This document shows positions 12,530-24,051 of a stretch of 55,273 nucleotides of DNA, piece by piece (the stretch's first letter is position 1; every line of letters begins with the position of its first letter). Source of the DNA: Amoebidium appalachense (lineage: Eukaryota > Protista > Ichthyosporea). Below the pieces are notes generated by a model. That model had not been told where the DNA came from. It did no database searches and was given only the letters and a program-made list of their open reading frames with translations. The stretch is taken from NCBI GenBank assembly GCA_963693365.1, contig CAVNZM010000013.1:2762949-2818221 (forward strand), given 5' to 3'. The position numbers and the translations under genes are program-made.

Positions 12530-13591
12530 ATCTCCCGTTCCGGAGCAACGCTGGCAGATTGGCCCCCCACTTTGCTCCGGCCGAGCTGCTTCGAGCCACC
12601 ACTACCCTGCAGGAATGCCAGGCCCTGAGTCTCAACCTCGACTCTCGGGCCTTTTACTCCCGGGTGCAAAAAGTGTTCATCGATTTCTGTGTGGCATCTC
12701 GGCTGCAATCCTCCTCCGGGTCCTCCCTCCCGGCCTCCCCACACACCGTGCAACTTTTTTCTCGCCTGGTGTGCCCAACGAGGGGTACAGGCCTCTTCCT
12801 TAACCGGCTACAATTCGGCCATCACCAGGCTCCACCTCGACATGGGCCTCCCTGCTCCCTACCCCCACGACAAGTCTCTGGCCTGGTTCCTACGGGGGGT
12901 TGGCAGATGGCAGCTTTCTCACAACATCCGACCCCGCTCATCCACCAGGGAACCCCTCCTGCCCTCCCACCTCAGCCTACTCCATGGCCAGTGCCCCACC
13001 AAGGCCTCCTTGGCCAATCTCCGGCTATGGACGGCCCTCATCGTCGGTTTCTGTGGTCTCCTCCGTTCAGGGGAATTTACCTCCAAGACCCTGACTTCTT
13101 TCGACCCGTCCCGTCACGTTAAACGGAAGGACGTGACCTTCAGCTACACCCCCACCGGTACTTTGTCCCATGCCACCCTCCACCTGCCAACCTCTAAGAC
13201 GGATGTACAGGCCCGAGGTGTCAACGTTACTCTAGCTGCCCTGCCCCTCACCCACTTCTCCCCAGCCCATCTCCTCCGGCAGTTCCTGGATACAACGTCC
13301 GGTCAACCCGACGACCCCCTCTTCAGTCTCGGTGGCATCCCCTACAGCAAGAGTGCCTTCTCTGCCGACTTCCGTGCCCTCCTCTCCCGGGCAGGCCTCT
13401 CACCCTCCCGGTTTGCCGGACACAGCCTCCGCATCGGGGGGGCCACAGCACTGGCTGAGGCCGGGGTCGACGACTCCCGGATCAAACAACTCGGCAGGTG
13501 GTCCTCCGACTGTTTCCTGATCTATACCCGACTTCGTCCGGCCTCCATTGCTGCCACCACCACACGTGTATTCGCCTCTATTCTTAAGTGA
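12530..13591 (+). pseudogene. YR of copy 2, +1 frameshift in the T-run at ~12755-12760
   Basis: Split across ORFs 12559 and 12689; catalytic residues retained. Confidence 0.85.
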
Positions 13592-14334
13592 AACCTTTGG
13601 AGCAAGCATACTGCTCTCGTGCCGTGGTTTACAACCATTGCAGGTTCACTTTCGTCCAAGGGGATGTCCCCCTAGAGGCAACACACGTCCCGGAGTAGTT
13701 TTCATAGAGGTTTTATTTGTGGAAATTATTGACATAAATATTTTTTCCGGGTAAACACGTAGGATGGGTGTTCGATACCAACATAACCATGTAGGCTTCA
13801 TTTCGTGTTTTAGCAGTTCGCGGTTGGCTGCCCGCACACTGGCACCTATTAGCCAATCAAAGCATCAGATACCACAGATCACTAGACCGAGTTATGATTG
13901 GCTCGGATCAGATTTCACATATCACTAGATCGATTTTGATTGGCTCAGATCGGTAGGCTTAGGTATATAAGCACGACAGTTTTTAGCAGATCAGCAAGCT
14001 ACAAACACATCTTCTGTGTTTAGCATCCACAGCCTTACAGCTATATATTCCTTTTCACCCACCCACCTACACCCACACTCAACCCCCATTGATCCACACA
14101 TACGTGCTGTTTTTTCACGGGGCGAAGACTTCCCCCGTTTTTTGGGCACATGGACCTCACGGATCAATAAATTGATGACTGGGGGCTTGCCGTGGTTTAC
14201 AACCATTGCAGGTTCACTTTCGTCCAAGGGGATGTCCCCCTAGAGGCAACACACGTCCCGGAGTAGTTTTCATAGAAGAAGAAAAAAACCAAGTGGGGTA
14301 TCACCTATTTTTTCTTTCCACTTGCCACTACTAG

Positions 14335-14942
14335 AGAGAGAAGGAAGAGGGAGAGAGAGAGACAGATCAGAGAAAGAGGGAAAGAGAAAGAGAGAGAGAG
14401 AAAGAGAAAGAGAAGAGAGAGAGGGAGAGAGAGAGAGAGAGAGAGAGAGTGTGTGTGTGTGTGTGTATGTGTGTGTGCGTGTTTGAGTGAGTGTGTGTGT
14501 ATATGTGCTGTGAGCGCGCGAGCATTTATGTGTGTGTGCCGTTGTGTGTGTGCGCGACGTCCATGCGTGCACACGTGTGTGGTTTGCAAATGGGTTGTGA
14601 CTCAACCGCCATATATATGATGTATGCGCACGTGTGCATATGTGTGCGTTCCTGCATGCACAGGGGGGGGGGGGGGGGGGGGGGGGCTCATTGTGTGCGG
14701 GAGAGGGGAGAGGAGTAGAGCGCACACGGTCTGGAACACAGATAAACATTTTCGTCTTTGTAGGTGGGTGGGTGGGGTGGGGTGGGGGGGGGGGGGGGGT
14801 GCGCGGGGGGGAAGAGGGAGGGGGGAAGGGGCATCATGATCAGGGATAACAGTGTGTGTGCGTGTGTGCGCTTGTGTGTGCATGTGCTGTGTGTGTTGTG
14901 TAGGTGTGTGCCTGTGTGTGTGTGCGCGCCTGTGTGTGCGCG

Positions 14943-14978
<36 letters not shown>

Positions 14979-15000
14979 GTGCATGTGTGAGTGTGTGTGC

Positions 15001-15070
<70 letters not shown>
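14335..15070. repeat. (GA)n, (GT)n and poly-G simple repeats
   Basis: Directly visible. Confidence 0.9.
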
Positions 15071-15071
<1 letters not shown>

Positions 15072-16203
15072 TTGAGTGTGAGCATGAGCTGTGGGTGTGA
15101 GTGTGAGTATGGGTGTGGGTGTATGCATTCGTGCTTGTGTCCACGTACACGTGTGATTTCAAAGATGTCGAAAGCGCCAGTGACACCCATGTTGAAAAAA
15201 AGACAAGCAAGCACGCTAAGAAGGACAGCAAGAAGTAACAGAAACCCTTTCATGCCGAAAAAATGGTCAAGAACAAAGAAGTGGAGGACACGTAACTATA
15301 GTCTGATAGTTGTGACTAAGGGCACTAAGGGTACCGCTAAGGGCACCAAGCTGATGCACGCGCGCGCGCGAGCCGAAATCTATTTTTATCTTTTCCCTAA
15401 TCAGGCGCGGCGGTTACTAAACCGGTCTATAGCAAATAGTGATTGGCTAAACCCAATCCGGTTTGCAATTTTTTGTCCGTTTAAGCCTGTACGCACGTTG
15501 TTTGCTCCATTTCTCTTCCCCCTTCCCGCAGGTCCGCAGGTCCTTTCCCGCAGGTCGCCTGGTCGCAGGTCCCTTCCCGCAGGTCGCCTGGTCGCAGTTC
15601 CCTTCCCGCAGGTCGCCTGGTCACAGGTCCCCTCCGCAGGTCGCGCAGCCACCGTGCTGAATGGTTTCGACCATGCTGCATGCTGCAGCTTCTTCGCCTA
15701 ACGGCTGAACGGCCGTTTGAAGGTTAGTTTTGTGTTGCCTGCTTTTGTGCATATGGCGTTTGTCTGTCTGGTCTGTGTCCGTCCTGTGATTATGTCTGTG
15801 TCTGTGTCTGTGTGTGTGTGTGTATGTGTGTGTGTGTGCGTGCGTGTGCGTGTGTCTGCTGGCTGCAGATGCACGTTGCCTTTTGACGTTCATGAACCAG
15901 CAACTGTGGGCACTACTTTTGCTGTTAGCACTATAGCTATCATCCCCCTCCACCAATCGTTCAAGCTATTTTCTGCTTCTCTAGACTTCATAAGTTCTGG
16001 TCCGGGTTTCCGTCCTTACTATGTTTGAGGTTGGTTCTGTCGACTCTTTTTTAGCTACTCTCAGTCAGCCCCCTCAGTCCCCCCCCCCCTCCCCCCCCCC
16101 CCCCCCCCCCTTCTCGCAAGTAGGATGAGCTAATTCTTAGCTCGAGTTCCTCTACAGGTTTTGCCAAGGTTGGCCCATGAAGTCATCAGCAGCTATAAGG
16201 CTA
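14749..16203 (+). repeat. ~1.4-kb dispersed repeat, inverted copy at 27533-28823
   Basis: Reverse-complement match throughout, including the ~27-bp cccgcaggtcgcctggtcgcag minisatellite at 15520-15645. Confidence 0.88.
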
Positions 16204-16380
16204 CGTTAAGGAGCCTGCTTTCGATTCCTGAACTAAAGTTCAAAGGCCAAGAAAAAAATGGTTTTGGCGGCCAATTATTGGATCAAGGTATTAGTATAAA
16301 TTAATATGTATGCTAGAGCATGTAGCTAGATTTTCATGTACTTTCAACCGTTTTTTTTTTTTTGATTTAGCATAAGCCTT

Positions 16381-16458
16381 GCCGCAAAACGTATTGTGGG
16401 CATTACTGCAGCTATAAGAATCTGACGCACTACGTAGGTAATCAAACCAGGAAGTTTA
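16381..16458 (+). repeat. 78-bp direct duplication flanking Ngaro copy 3 (second copy 21764-21841)
   Basis: gccgcaaaac...gaagttta is identical on both sides. Confidence 0.93.
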
Positions 16459-16584
16459 GGTTTTATTTGTGGAAATTATTGACATAAATATTTTTCTGGG
16501 TAAACACGTAGGACCAACATAATCATGTAGGCTTCATTTCGTGTTTTAGCAGTTAGCGGTTGGCTGCCCGCACACGGGCACCTA

Positions 16585-16710
16585 TTAGCCAATCAAAACA
16601 TCAGATACCACAGATCACTAGACCGAGTTATGACTGGCTCGGATCAGATTTCACATATCACTTGATCGATTTTTGATTGGTTCAGATCGGTAGGCTTAGG
16701 TATATAAGCA
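16585..16710 (+). promoter_or_regulatory. Putative Pol II promoter inside the A repeat
   Basis: CCAAT/ATTGG boxes in tandem sub-repeats, then TATATAAG at 16701, about 125 bp upstream of the gag ATG. Confidence 0.55.
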
Positions 16711-16824
16711 CGACAGTTTTTAGCAGATCAGCAAGCTACAAACACATCTTCTGTGTTTAGCATCCACAGACTTACAGCTATATATTCCTTTTCATTCTCC
16801 CTATCTTTCCCTACGCCGGTCAGC

Positions 16825-17994
16825 ATGCCGCCGAAAAAGCGCCAGGCCTCAGCCGCCGCCCCTGCCGCGGCACCTAAGCGCCTGACCCGCAGCGACCTCC
16901 GCCACAGGCTGACCAACGCTCCCGCGGACACCGACGCGCCTCCAGCGGTCCATACCACCACGGACCCGGACCCGCCGGCTACTCTCCCCTCCACTCCTGA
17001 AGTCCCCCCTCAGGCCACGCCGTCCCCGCAGATGACTTCTCAAGACGCCGTCCTGGCCGCCCTCACCGCCATCAGCACCCAGATGGCTGGCGTCCTGGCT
17101 GCTCTCACCAACCGCGACCCTCCCGCACCCCCCGCCGCGCCCTCCATACCCGGGGAGGTTTCCCCGGGGCTGCATCTCGGCCCTGACCTAGACCTACCTG
17201 CCCTGCCCGCTCCCCCCATCACAGGTGAGAACACTGGCGACATTCAGCCGGGCACACTCCCGCTTCCCCCCGCGGATGTGCTGGCAGATTTGCGCGCCAA
17301 TCGTTTCGTCGACCTGTATAAGTTCACCCCCGCCGCCCTCCTGGCCCCATCCAAGAAAGGTCAGCATCTGCGCATGGCCGACGACGGCAGCATCGAGACT
17401 TTTCGCCAAGACAAACCCGTTCCCCTGCGTTCACTCGTCATTTGGATCCAAGCTTGGACCCATTACATGGCCGCCAAGCACCACCTCGGCCTCCCCACGG
17501 ACAAAGACGTACTTTGGACTCAGCACATCACTCGCCTCAGCACCCGATACCCGTGGGCCCAGATCCACAACTATGACGTATACGCCCGCACCGTTGCCCA
17601 CCAGCAGGGTCGGGCTCCGATCGAGTGTCCCAACCTGCTCGCCCAACTCCACCAGGATCTCCTCCTGCCACCCACTCTGCTCATCCCGGACGCATGTCAG
17701 CGCTGTGGCTTCCCCGACCACCCCAGCGCGGCCTGCCCCATGTACCCCAAGCCCGGCTGTGGTCTTGACGGCTTTAAACCGCCCCACAAGCCCGGCGGGG
17801 GTCAAACCCCTAACCGCCCTGGCCCGCAACCCGGCCCGGCAAAACCGACCCGACCCGTGGATCTACCCGCGACGCACTGCAGGAATTTCCACATTAACGG
17901 TCGGTCCTGCGCTAAGCAGCCCTGCCCCTTTTCCCACGTGTGCCCGCTCTGCTCTGGCACACACCCCCGCAAAGACTGCAAGCACAATGCCTAG
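16825..17994 (+). CDS. Gag-like ORF1 of copy 3
   Basis: Intact homolog of 9227-10402. Confidence 0.85.
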   Translation: MPPKKRQASAAAPAAAPKRLTRSDLRHRLTNAPADTDAPPAVHTTTDPDPPATLPSTPEVPPQATPSPQMTSQDAVLAALTAISTQMAGVLAALTNRDPPAPPAAPSIPGEVSPGLHLGPDLDLPALPAPPITGENTGDIQPGTLPLPPADVLADLRANRFVDLYKFTPAALLAPSKKGQHLRMADDGSIETFRQDKPVPLRSLVIWIQAWTHYMAAKHHLGLPTDKDVLWTQHITRLSTRYPWAQIHNYDVYARTVAHQQGRAPIECPNLLAQLHQDLLLPPTLLIPDACQRCGFPDHPSAACPMYPKPGCGLDGFKPPHKPGGGQTPNRPGPQPGPAKPTRPVDLPATHCRNFHINGRSCAKQPCPFSHVCPLCSGTHPRKDCKHNA

Positions 17995-18112
17995 TCTACG
18001 CGCACACCCACACACACAGCTAGAACATAGGGGTTAGGAGCTAGGACACACGAGTACAGGGAAACGGAGCTCGGGAGAACGGGCCAATAGGGCTGAGTAC
18101 AAAATTTCGCAG

Positions 18113-18387
18113 GCCAACTACGGCGCCCGCGCGCGTCAAGAATAAATGTCCCTACACAAAGACGTTTATTCTGGCCACTGCACATAATTTTACTCCCCCC
18201 CCCCATCCCACGAGCCTCCCCCCCCCCTTACACTCACCTAGCACTCCCTCCTCCCCCCTTCTTCTACCTCTGTGTCCGCCCACACCCCCGCGTGCTCGGG
18301 CACATTCCCCTGCACAGGGCCCCGCTGCCCTCCCTGCCAACCCTCACTTGGGCCCAGCTGCCCTACTCTAAACCCCCCGGAGCCCTG

Positions 18388-18435
<48 letters not shown>

Positions 18436-20118
18436 CTGCCGGGATCCCCCCAAGGGTACACCACCCTTGCTAACCACCCCTTCCTCCGAGGCTCAGACCC
18501 GGAGGCCCGCCCGCTGCCCCAGCACCACATTGACACCTCCCGCCTCCGGGAACTGCTGGCCTCCTACCCGGACCAATCATTCGCCGCACAACTCCTCCAC
18601 GATGTCGAATTCGGCGTCGACATCGGCTGTCGCGGCCCCTCCACCTCTCGGGTGGGCCCCAACCTACCCACCACCCCGGAGGCAGCTGCCGCTATCACGG
18701 TGGATATTGCCAAAGAAGTCGCCCTCGGCCACCTGCGCGGCCCCCTCTCCCCTGCCCAATTCTTTGACGAATTTCCGGTCCACCGTTCCTCCCCCATCGG
18801 CGCCGTTACCAAGAAAGGGAACCCCCCCAAGTACCGTCGAATCCACCACCTCTCCTGGCCCCGGGGTAGCAGTGTCAATGACAGCATCACCTACCCCGAC
18901 GAACTTCAGTACATTCGCGCCCGGGATGTCACCCAACTCATTCTCGACGCAGGCCCCGGCTGCTACATGGCCGTGGCAGATGTACAGGCTGCCTTCCGGC
19001 ACATGCCCATCCGACCGGAAGACCACCACTTAATGCATTCAAATGGCAAGGGCATTTTTACGTTGAAACCAGACTGCCCTTCGGCCTGAAATCTAGCCCA
19101 GCCATCTGGGAACGGATCGCGGCCACCCTACAGTGGCTGGCACACCAGCACGGTATTACCCTCATCCGCCACTACGTAGACGACTGGATTATAGTCGCCC
19201 CCACACAAGAGCAGTGCCAACGTCACCTATCCACCTTCCTGCAACTCTGCCGAGCGCTGCACATTGCCATCTCCGAAGACAAGATGCAGGGCCCGGCCAC
19301 CCGTGTCGTCTTCATCGGTATCGAATTCGACTCCCATCGCCATGGAGGCACGAATCCCGGCTTCCAAGCTCTCGGACCTACTCGACCTCACTTCCCACCC
19401 AAAGCCCACCATCACCATTCGGGACCTCCAGTCCCTCCTCGGCAAACTCACCTGGTGTGCCCAGCTGGTTCCCCCCGGGAGGGCTTTCTCCCAGCGCCTA
19501 TGGGCCCTTCTCCGGACCCACCCACACCTTGCCGGCCACCACCACATACGACTGGCTGCTGCCGCCCGGGCCGACCTAGCCGAATGGCACCAGTTCCTCA
19601 CATCATGGAATGGGGTGCACCTCATCACACCCCCCACATACACCACCCTGGCCACTGATGCTGCCGGATCGGTGGGTCTAGGAGGCCACTGGCTCGACCA
19701 ATGGTTCTTCATGCCCTGGTCCCCCTCCACCCAAGCCCTCTATGCTCATGAGGGTAAACTCGGTTCTTCCGTCATCGAACTCCTGGCCATCGCAGCCGCC
19801 GTGGCCCTCTGGGCCCCCTCCTGGTCCACCCACCATGTCCGTATTTTATGCGACAACACGGGTGCTGTGTCTGACCTGCACTCTCGGTCTTCCCCCCACC
19901 CCGTGATGGCCAAACTTATTCGGTTCATCACCCGCATGGAAATGCAATACCAATTTACGTTACAGGCATCCTACCTACCAGGACCCCTCAACCATCTGGC
20001 CGATGCCATTTCTCGTAACCAACTTCCCCGGGCCCGACGACTCCGACCTTCCCTGCAACCGGAGCCCTGCCCTATCCCCTCCTGGGTCCACGAGTTCCTA
20101 TCCCTTCCCTTGGGCTAA
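18113..20118 (+). pseudogene. RT/RNase H of copy 3 (YVDD intact; -1 at ~19035, +1 at ~19333)
   Basis: ORFs 18292 and 19264 plus the intervening frame; tacgtagacgac present. Confidence 0.85.
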
Positions 20119-21202
20119 CCCCCCCCCCCCCCCCCCCCCAGATCTCCCGTTCCGGAGCAACACTGGCAGATTGGCCCCCCACTTTGCTCCGGCCGAGCTG
20201 CTTCGAGCCACCACTACCCTGCAGGAATGCCAGGCCCTGAGTCTCAACCTCGACTCTCGGGCCTTTTACTCCCGGGTGCAAAAAGTGTTCATCGATTTCT
20301 GTGTGGTATCTCGGCTGCAATCCTCCTCCGGGTCCTCCCTCCCGGCCTCCCCACACACCGTGCAACGTTTTCTCGCCTGGTGTGCCCAACGAGGGGTACA
20401 GGCCTCTTTCTTAACCGGCTACAATTCGGCCATCACCAGGCTCCACCTCGACATGGGCCTCCCTGCTCCCTACCCCCACGACAAGTCTCTGGCCTGGTTC
20501 CTACGGGGGGTGGGCCGATGGCAGCTTTCTCACAACATCCGACCCCGCTCATCCACCAGGGAACCCCTCCTCCCCTCCCACCTCCGCCTACTCCATGGCC
20601 AGTGCCCCACCAAGGCCTCCTCGGCCAATCTCCGGCTATGGACGGCCCTCATCGTCGGTTTCTGTGGTCTCCTCCGTTCAGGGGAATTTACCTCCAAGAC
20701 CCTGACTTCTTTCGACCCGTCCCGTCACGTTAAACGGAAGGACGTGACCTTCAGCTACACCCCCACCGGTACTTTGTCCCATGCCACCCTCCAGCTGCCA
20801 ACCTCTAAGACGGATGTACAGGCCCGAGGTGTCAACGTCACCCTAGCTGCCCTGCCCCTCACCCACTTCTCCCCAGCCCATCTCCTCCGGCAGTTCCTGG
20901 ATACAACGTCCGGTCAACCCGACGACCCCCTCTTCAGTCTCGGTGGCATCCCCTACACCAAGAGTGCTTTCTCTGCCGATCTCCGTGCCCTCCTCTCCCG
21001 GGCAGGCCTCTCACCCTCCCGGTTTGCCGGACACAGCCTCCGCATCGGGGGGGCCACAGCACTGGCTGAGGCCGGGGTCGACGACTCCCGGATCAAACAA
21101 CTCGGCAGGTGGTCCTCCGACTGCTTCCTGATCTATACCCGACTTCGTCCGGCCTCCATTGCTGCCACCACCACACGTGTATTCGCCTCTATTCTTAAGT
21201 GA
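20003..21202 (+). CDS. Tyrosine recombinase of copy 3, intact frame
   Basis: All YR catalytic residues present. Confidence 0.93.
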   Translation: MPFLVTNFPGPDDSDLPCNRSPALSPPGSTSSYPFPWANPPPPPPPDLPFRSNTGRLAPHFAPAELLRATTTLQECQALSLNLDSRAFYSRVQKVFIDFCVVSRLQSSSGSSLPASPHTVQRFLAWCAQRGVQASFLTGYNSAITRLHLDMGLPAPYPHDKSLAWFLRGVGRWQLSHNIRPRSSTREPLLPSHLRLLHGQCPTKASSANLRLWTALIVGFCGLLRSGEFTSKTLTSFDPSRHVKRKDVTFSYTPTGTLSHATLQLPTSKTDVQARGVNVTLAALPLTHFSPAHLLRQFLDTTSGQPDDPLFSLGGIPYTKSAFSADLRALLSRAGLSPSRFAGHSLRIGGATALAEAGVDDSRIKQLGRWSSDCFLIYTRLRPASIAATTTRVFASILK

Positions 21203-22849
21203 AACCTTTGGAGCAAGCATACTGCTCTCGTGCCGTGGTTTACAACCATTGCAGGTTCACTTTCGTCCAAGGGGATGTCCCCCTAGAGGCAACACACGTC
21301 CCGGAGTAGTTTTTCATAGAGGTTTTATTTGTGGAAATTATTGACATAAATATTTTTCTGGGTAAACACGTAGGATGGGTGTTCGATACCAACATAACCA
21401 TGTAGGCTTTATTTCTTGTTTTAGCAGTTAGCGGTTGGCTGCCCGCACACGGGCACCTATTAGCCAATCAAAACATCAGATACCACAGATCACTAGACCG
21501 AGTTATGACTGGCTCGGATCAGATTTCACATATCACTTGATCGATTTTTGATTGGTTCAGATCGGTAGGCTTAGGTATATAAGCACGACAGTTTTTAACA
21601 GATCAGCAAGCTACAAACACATCTTCTGTGTTTAGCATCCACAGCCTTACAGCTATATATTCCTTTTCACCCACCCAGCTACACCCACACACAACCCCCA
21701 TTGATCCACACATACGTGCTGTTTTTTCACGGGGCGAAGACTTCCCCCGTTTTTTGGGCACATGCCGCAAAACGTATTGTGGGCATTACTGCAGCTATAA
21801 GAATCTGACGCACTACGTAGGTAATCAAACCAGGAAGTTTAACTGAGACCTGGTGGTCAGTGAATGGACGAGAGCCTATAGGACTGTAGGGTTAAGGTGG
21901 GGAACTAAGGGCGAAGAAGTGAAATGCACAGGTTACTTAGAACTAGTGAAATTGACCCACTAAAAGGAACACGGCTGGCTACAATGTGAACGAGAAACAA
22001 GGCTGCTTGTTATTTTTGGCCCCCACACCATCCACCAATTTTAGCCCCCCCCCCCCCCCGACCCCAAACGACCTCTCTTAGCGGCCGCCCCCCCTCGCAC
22101 GGCGGGGGGCGTCCGTAGAGATTTCAAGTCGCTGCCACTTAGCACCCGGATCGTTTACCCAGGCTCTATGAAAACTACTCCGGGACGTGTGTTGCCTCTA
22201 GGGGGACATCCCCTTGGACGAAAGTGAACCTGCAATGGTTGTAAACCACGGCGAGCCCCCAGTCATCAATTTATTGATCCGTGAGGTCCATGTGCCCAAA
22301 AAACGGGGGAAGTCTTCGCCCCGTGAAAAAACAGCACGTATGTGTGGATCAATGGGGGTTGTGTGTGGGTGTAGGTGGGTGGGTGAAAAGGAATATATAG
22401 CTGTAAGGCTGTGGATGCTAAACACAGAAGATGTGTTTGTAGCTTGCTGATCTGCTAAAAACTGTCGTGCTTATATACCTAAGCCTACCGATCTGAGCCA
22501 ATCAAAAATCGATCTAGTGATATGTGAAATCTGATCCGAGCCAATCATAACTCGGTCTAGTGATCTGTGGTATCTGATGTTTTGACTGGCTAATAGGTGC
22601 CCATGTTTGGGCAGCCAACCGCTAACTGCTAAAACACGAAATGAAGCCTACATGGTTATGTTGGTATCGAACACCCATCCTACGTGTTTACCCAGAAAAA
22701 TATTTATGTCAATAGTTTCCACAAATAAAACCTCTATGAAAACTACTCCGGGACGTGTGTTGCCTCTAGGGGGACATCCCCTTGGACGAAAGTGAACCTG
22801 CAATGGTTGTAAACCACGGCACGAGAGCAGTATGCTTGCTCCAAAGGTT

Positions 22850-24051
22850 TCACTTAAGAATAGAGGCGAATACACGTGTGGTGGTGGCAGCAATGGAGGC
22901 CGGACGAAGTCGGGTATAAATCAGGAAGCAGTCGGAGGACCACCTGCCGAGTTGTTTGATCCGGGAGTCGTCGACCACGGCCTCAGCCAGTGCTGTGGCC
23001 CCCCCCGATGCGGAGGCTGTGTCCGGCAAACCGGGAGGGTGAGAGGCCTGCCCGGGAGAGGAGGGCACGGAAATCGGCAGAGAAAGCAGTCTTGGTGTAG
23101 GGGATGCCACCGAGACTGAAGAGGGGGTCGTCGGGTTGACAGGACGTTGTATCCAGGAACTGCCGGAGGAGATGGGCTGGGGAGAAGTGGGTGAGGGGCA
23201 GGGCAGCTAGGGTGACGTTGACACCTCGGGCCTGTACATCCGTCTTAGAGGTTGGCAGATGGAGGGTGGCATGGGACAAAGTACCGGTGGGGGTGTAGCT
23301 GAAGGTCACGTCCTTCCGTTTAACGTGACGGGACGGGTCGAAAGAAGTCAGGGTCTTGGAGGTAAATTCCCCTGAACGGAGGAGACCACAGAAACCGACG
23401 ATGAGGGCCGTCCATAGCCGGAGATTGGCCGAGGAGGCCTTGGTGGGGCACTGGCCATGGAGTAGGCGGAGGTGGGAGGGGAGGAGGGGTTCCCTGGTGG
23501 ATGAGCGGGGTCGGATGTTGTGAGAAAGCTGCCATCGGCCCACCCCCCGTAGGAACCAGGCCAGAGACTTGTCGTGGGGGTAGGGGAGCAGGGAGGCCCA
23601 TGTCGAGGTGGAGCCTGGTGATGGCCGAATTGTAGCCGGTTAAGGAAGAGGCCTGTACCCCTCGTTGGGCACACCAGGCGAGAAAACGTTGCACGGTGTG
23701 TGGGGAGGCCGGGAGGGAGGACCCGGAGGAGGATTGCAGCCGAGATACCACACAGAAATCGATGAACACTTTTTGCACCCGGGAGTAAAAGGCCCGAGAG
23801 TCGAGGTTGAGACTCAGGGCCTGGCATTCCTGCAGGGTAGTGGTGGCTCGAAGCAGCTCGGCCGGAGCAAAGTGGGGGGCCAATCTGCCAGTGTTGCTCC
23901 GGAACGGGAGATCTGGTGGGGGGGGGGGGGGGGGTTTAGCCCAAGGGAAGGGATAGGAACTCGTGGACCCAGGAGGGGAAGGGGCAGGGCTCCGGTTGCA
24001 GGGAAGGTCGGAGTCGTCGGGCCCGGGGAAGTTGGTTACGAGAAATGGCAT
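22850..24051 (-). pseudogene. YR of copy 4 (frameshifts at ~23585 and ~23000)
   Basis: Three overlapping ORF pieces with YR motifs. Confidence 0.85.

Larger units (their letters stand above)
8858..14276 (+). mobile_element. Ngaro copy 2, full structure
   Basis: A1 8858-9196, gag, pol, YR, B1 13620-13708, A2 13709-14057, spacer, B2 14188-14276. Confidence 0.95.
16459..21763 (+). mobile_element. Ngaro copy 3, truncated in the spacer (no B2)
   Basis: A1 (with a ~16-bp deletion), gag, pol, YR, B1 to 21320, A2 21321-21669, partial spacer. Confidence 0.93.

Noticed and set aside
8858-14276. DIRS1-type element with ITRs/ICR or an internal methyltransferase domain
   Set aside because: Repeats are split direct repeats, and pol ends right after RNase H
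14270-16028. Many HT/CV/poly-P/G ORFs here and at 28247-29001, 31433-32000, 40418-41636, 45422-46301, 49297-50220, 51084-51472
   Set aside because: Translations of microsatellites and homopolymers
22165-22251. Hammerhead ribozyme in B (GGACGAAA on one strand)
   Set aside because: No correctly placed CUGANGA core
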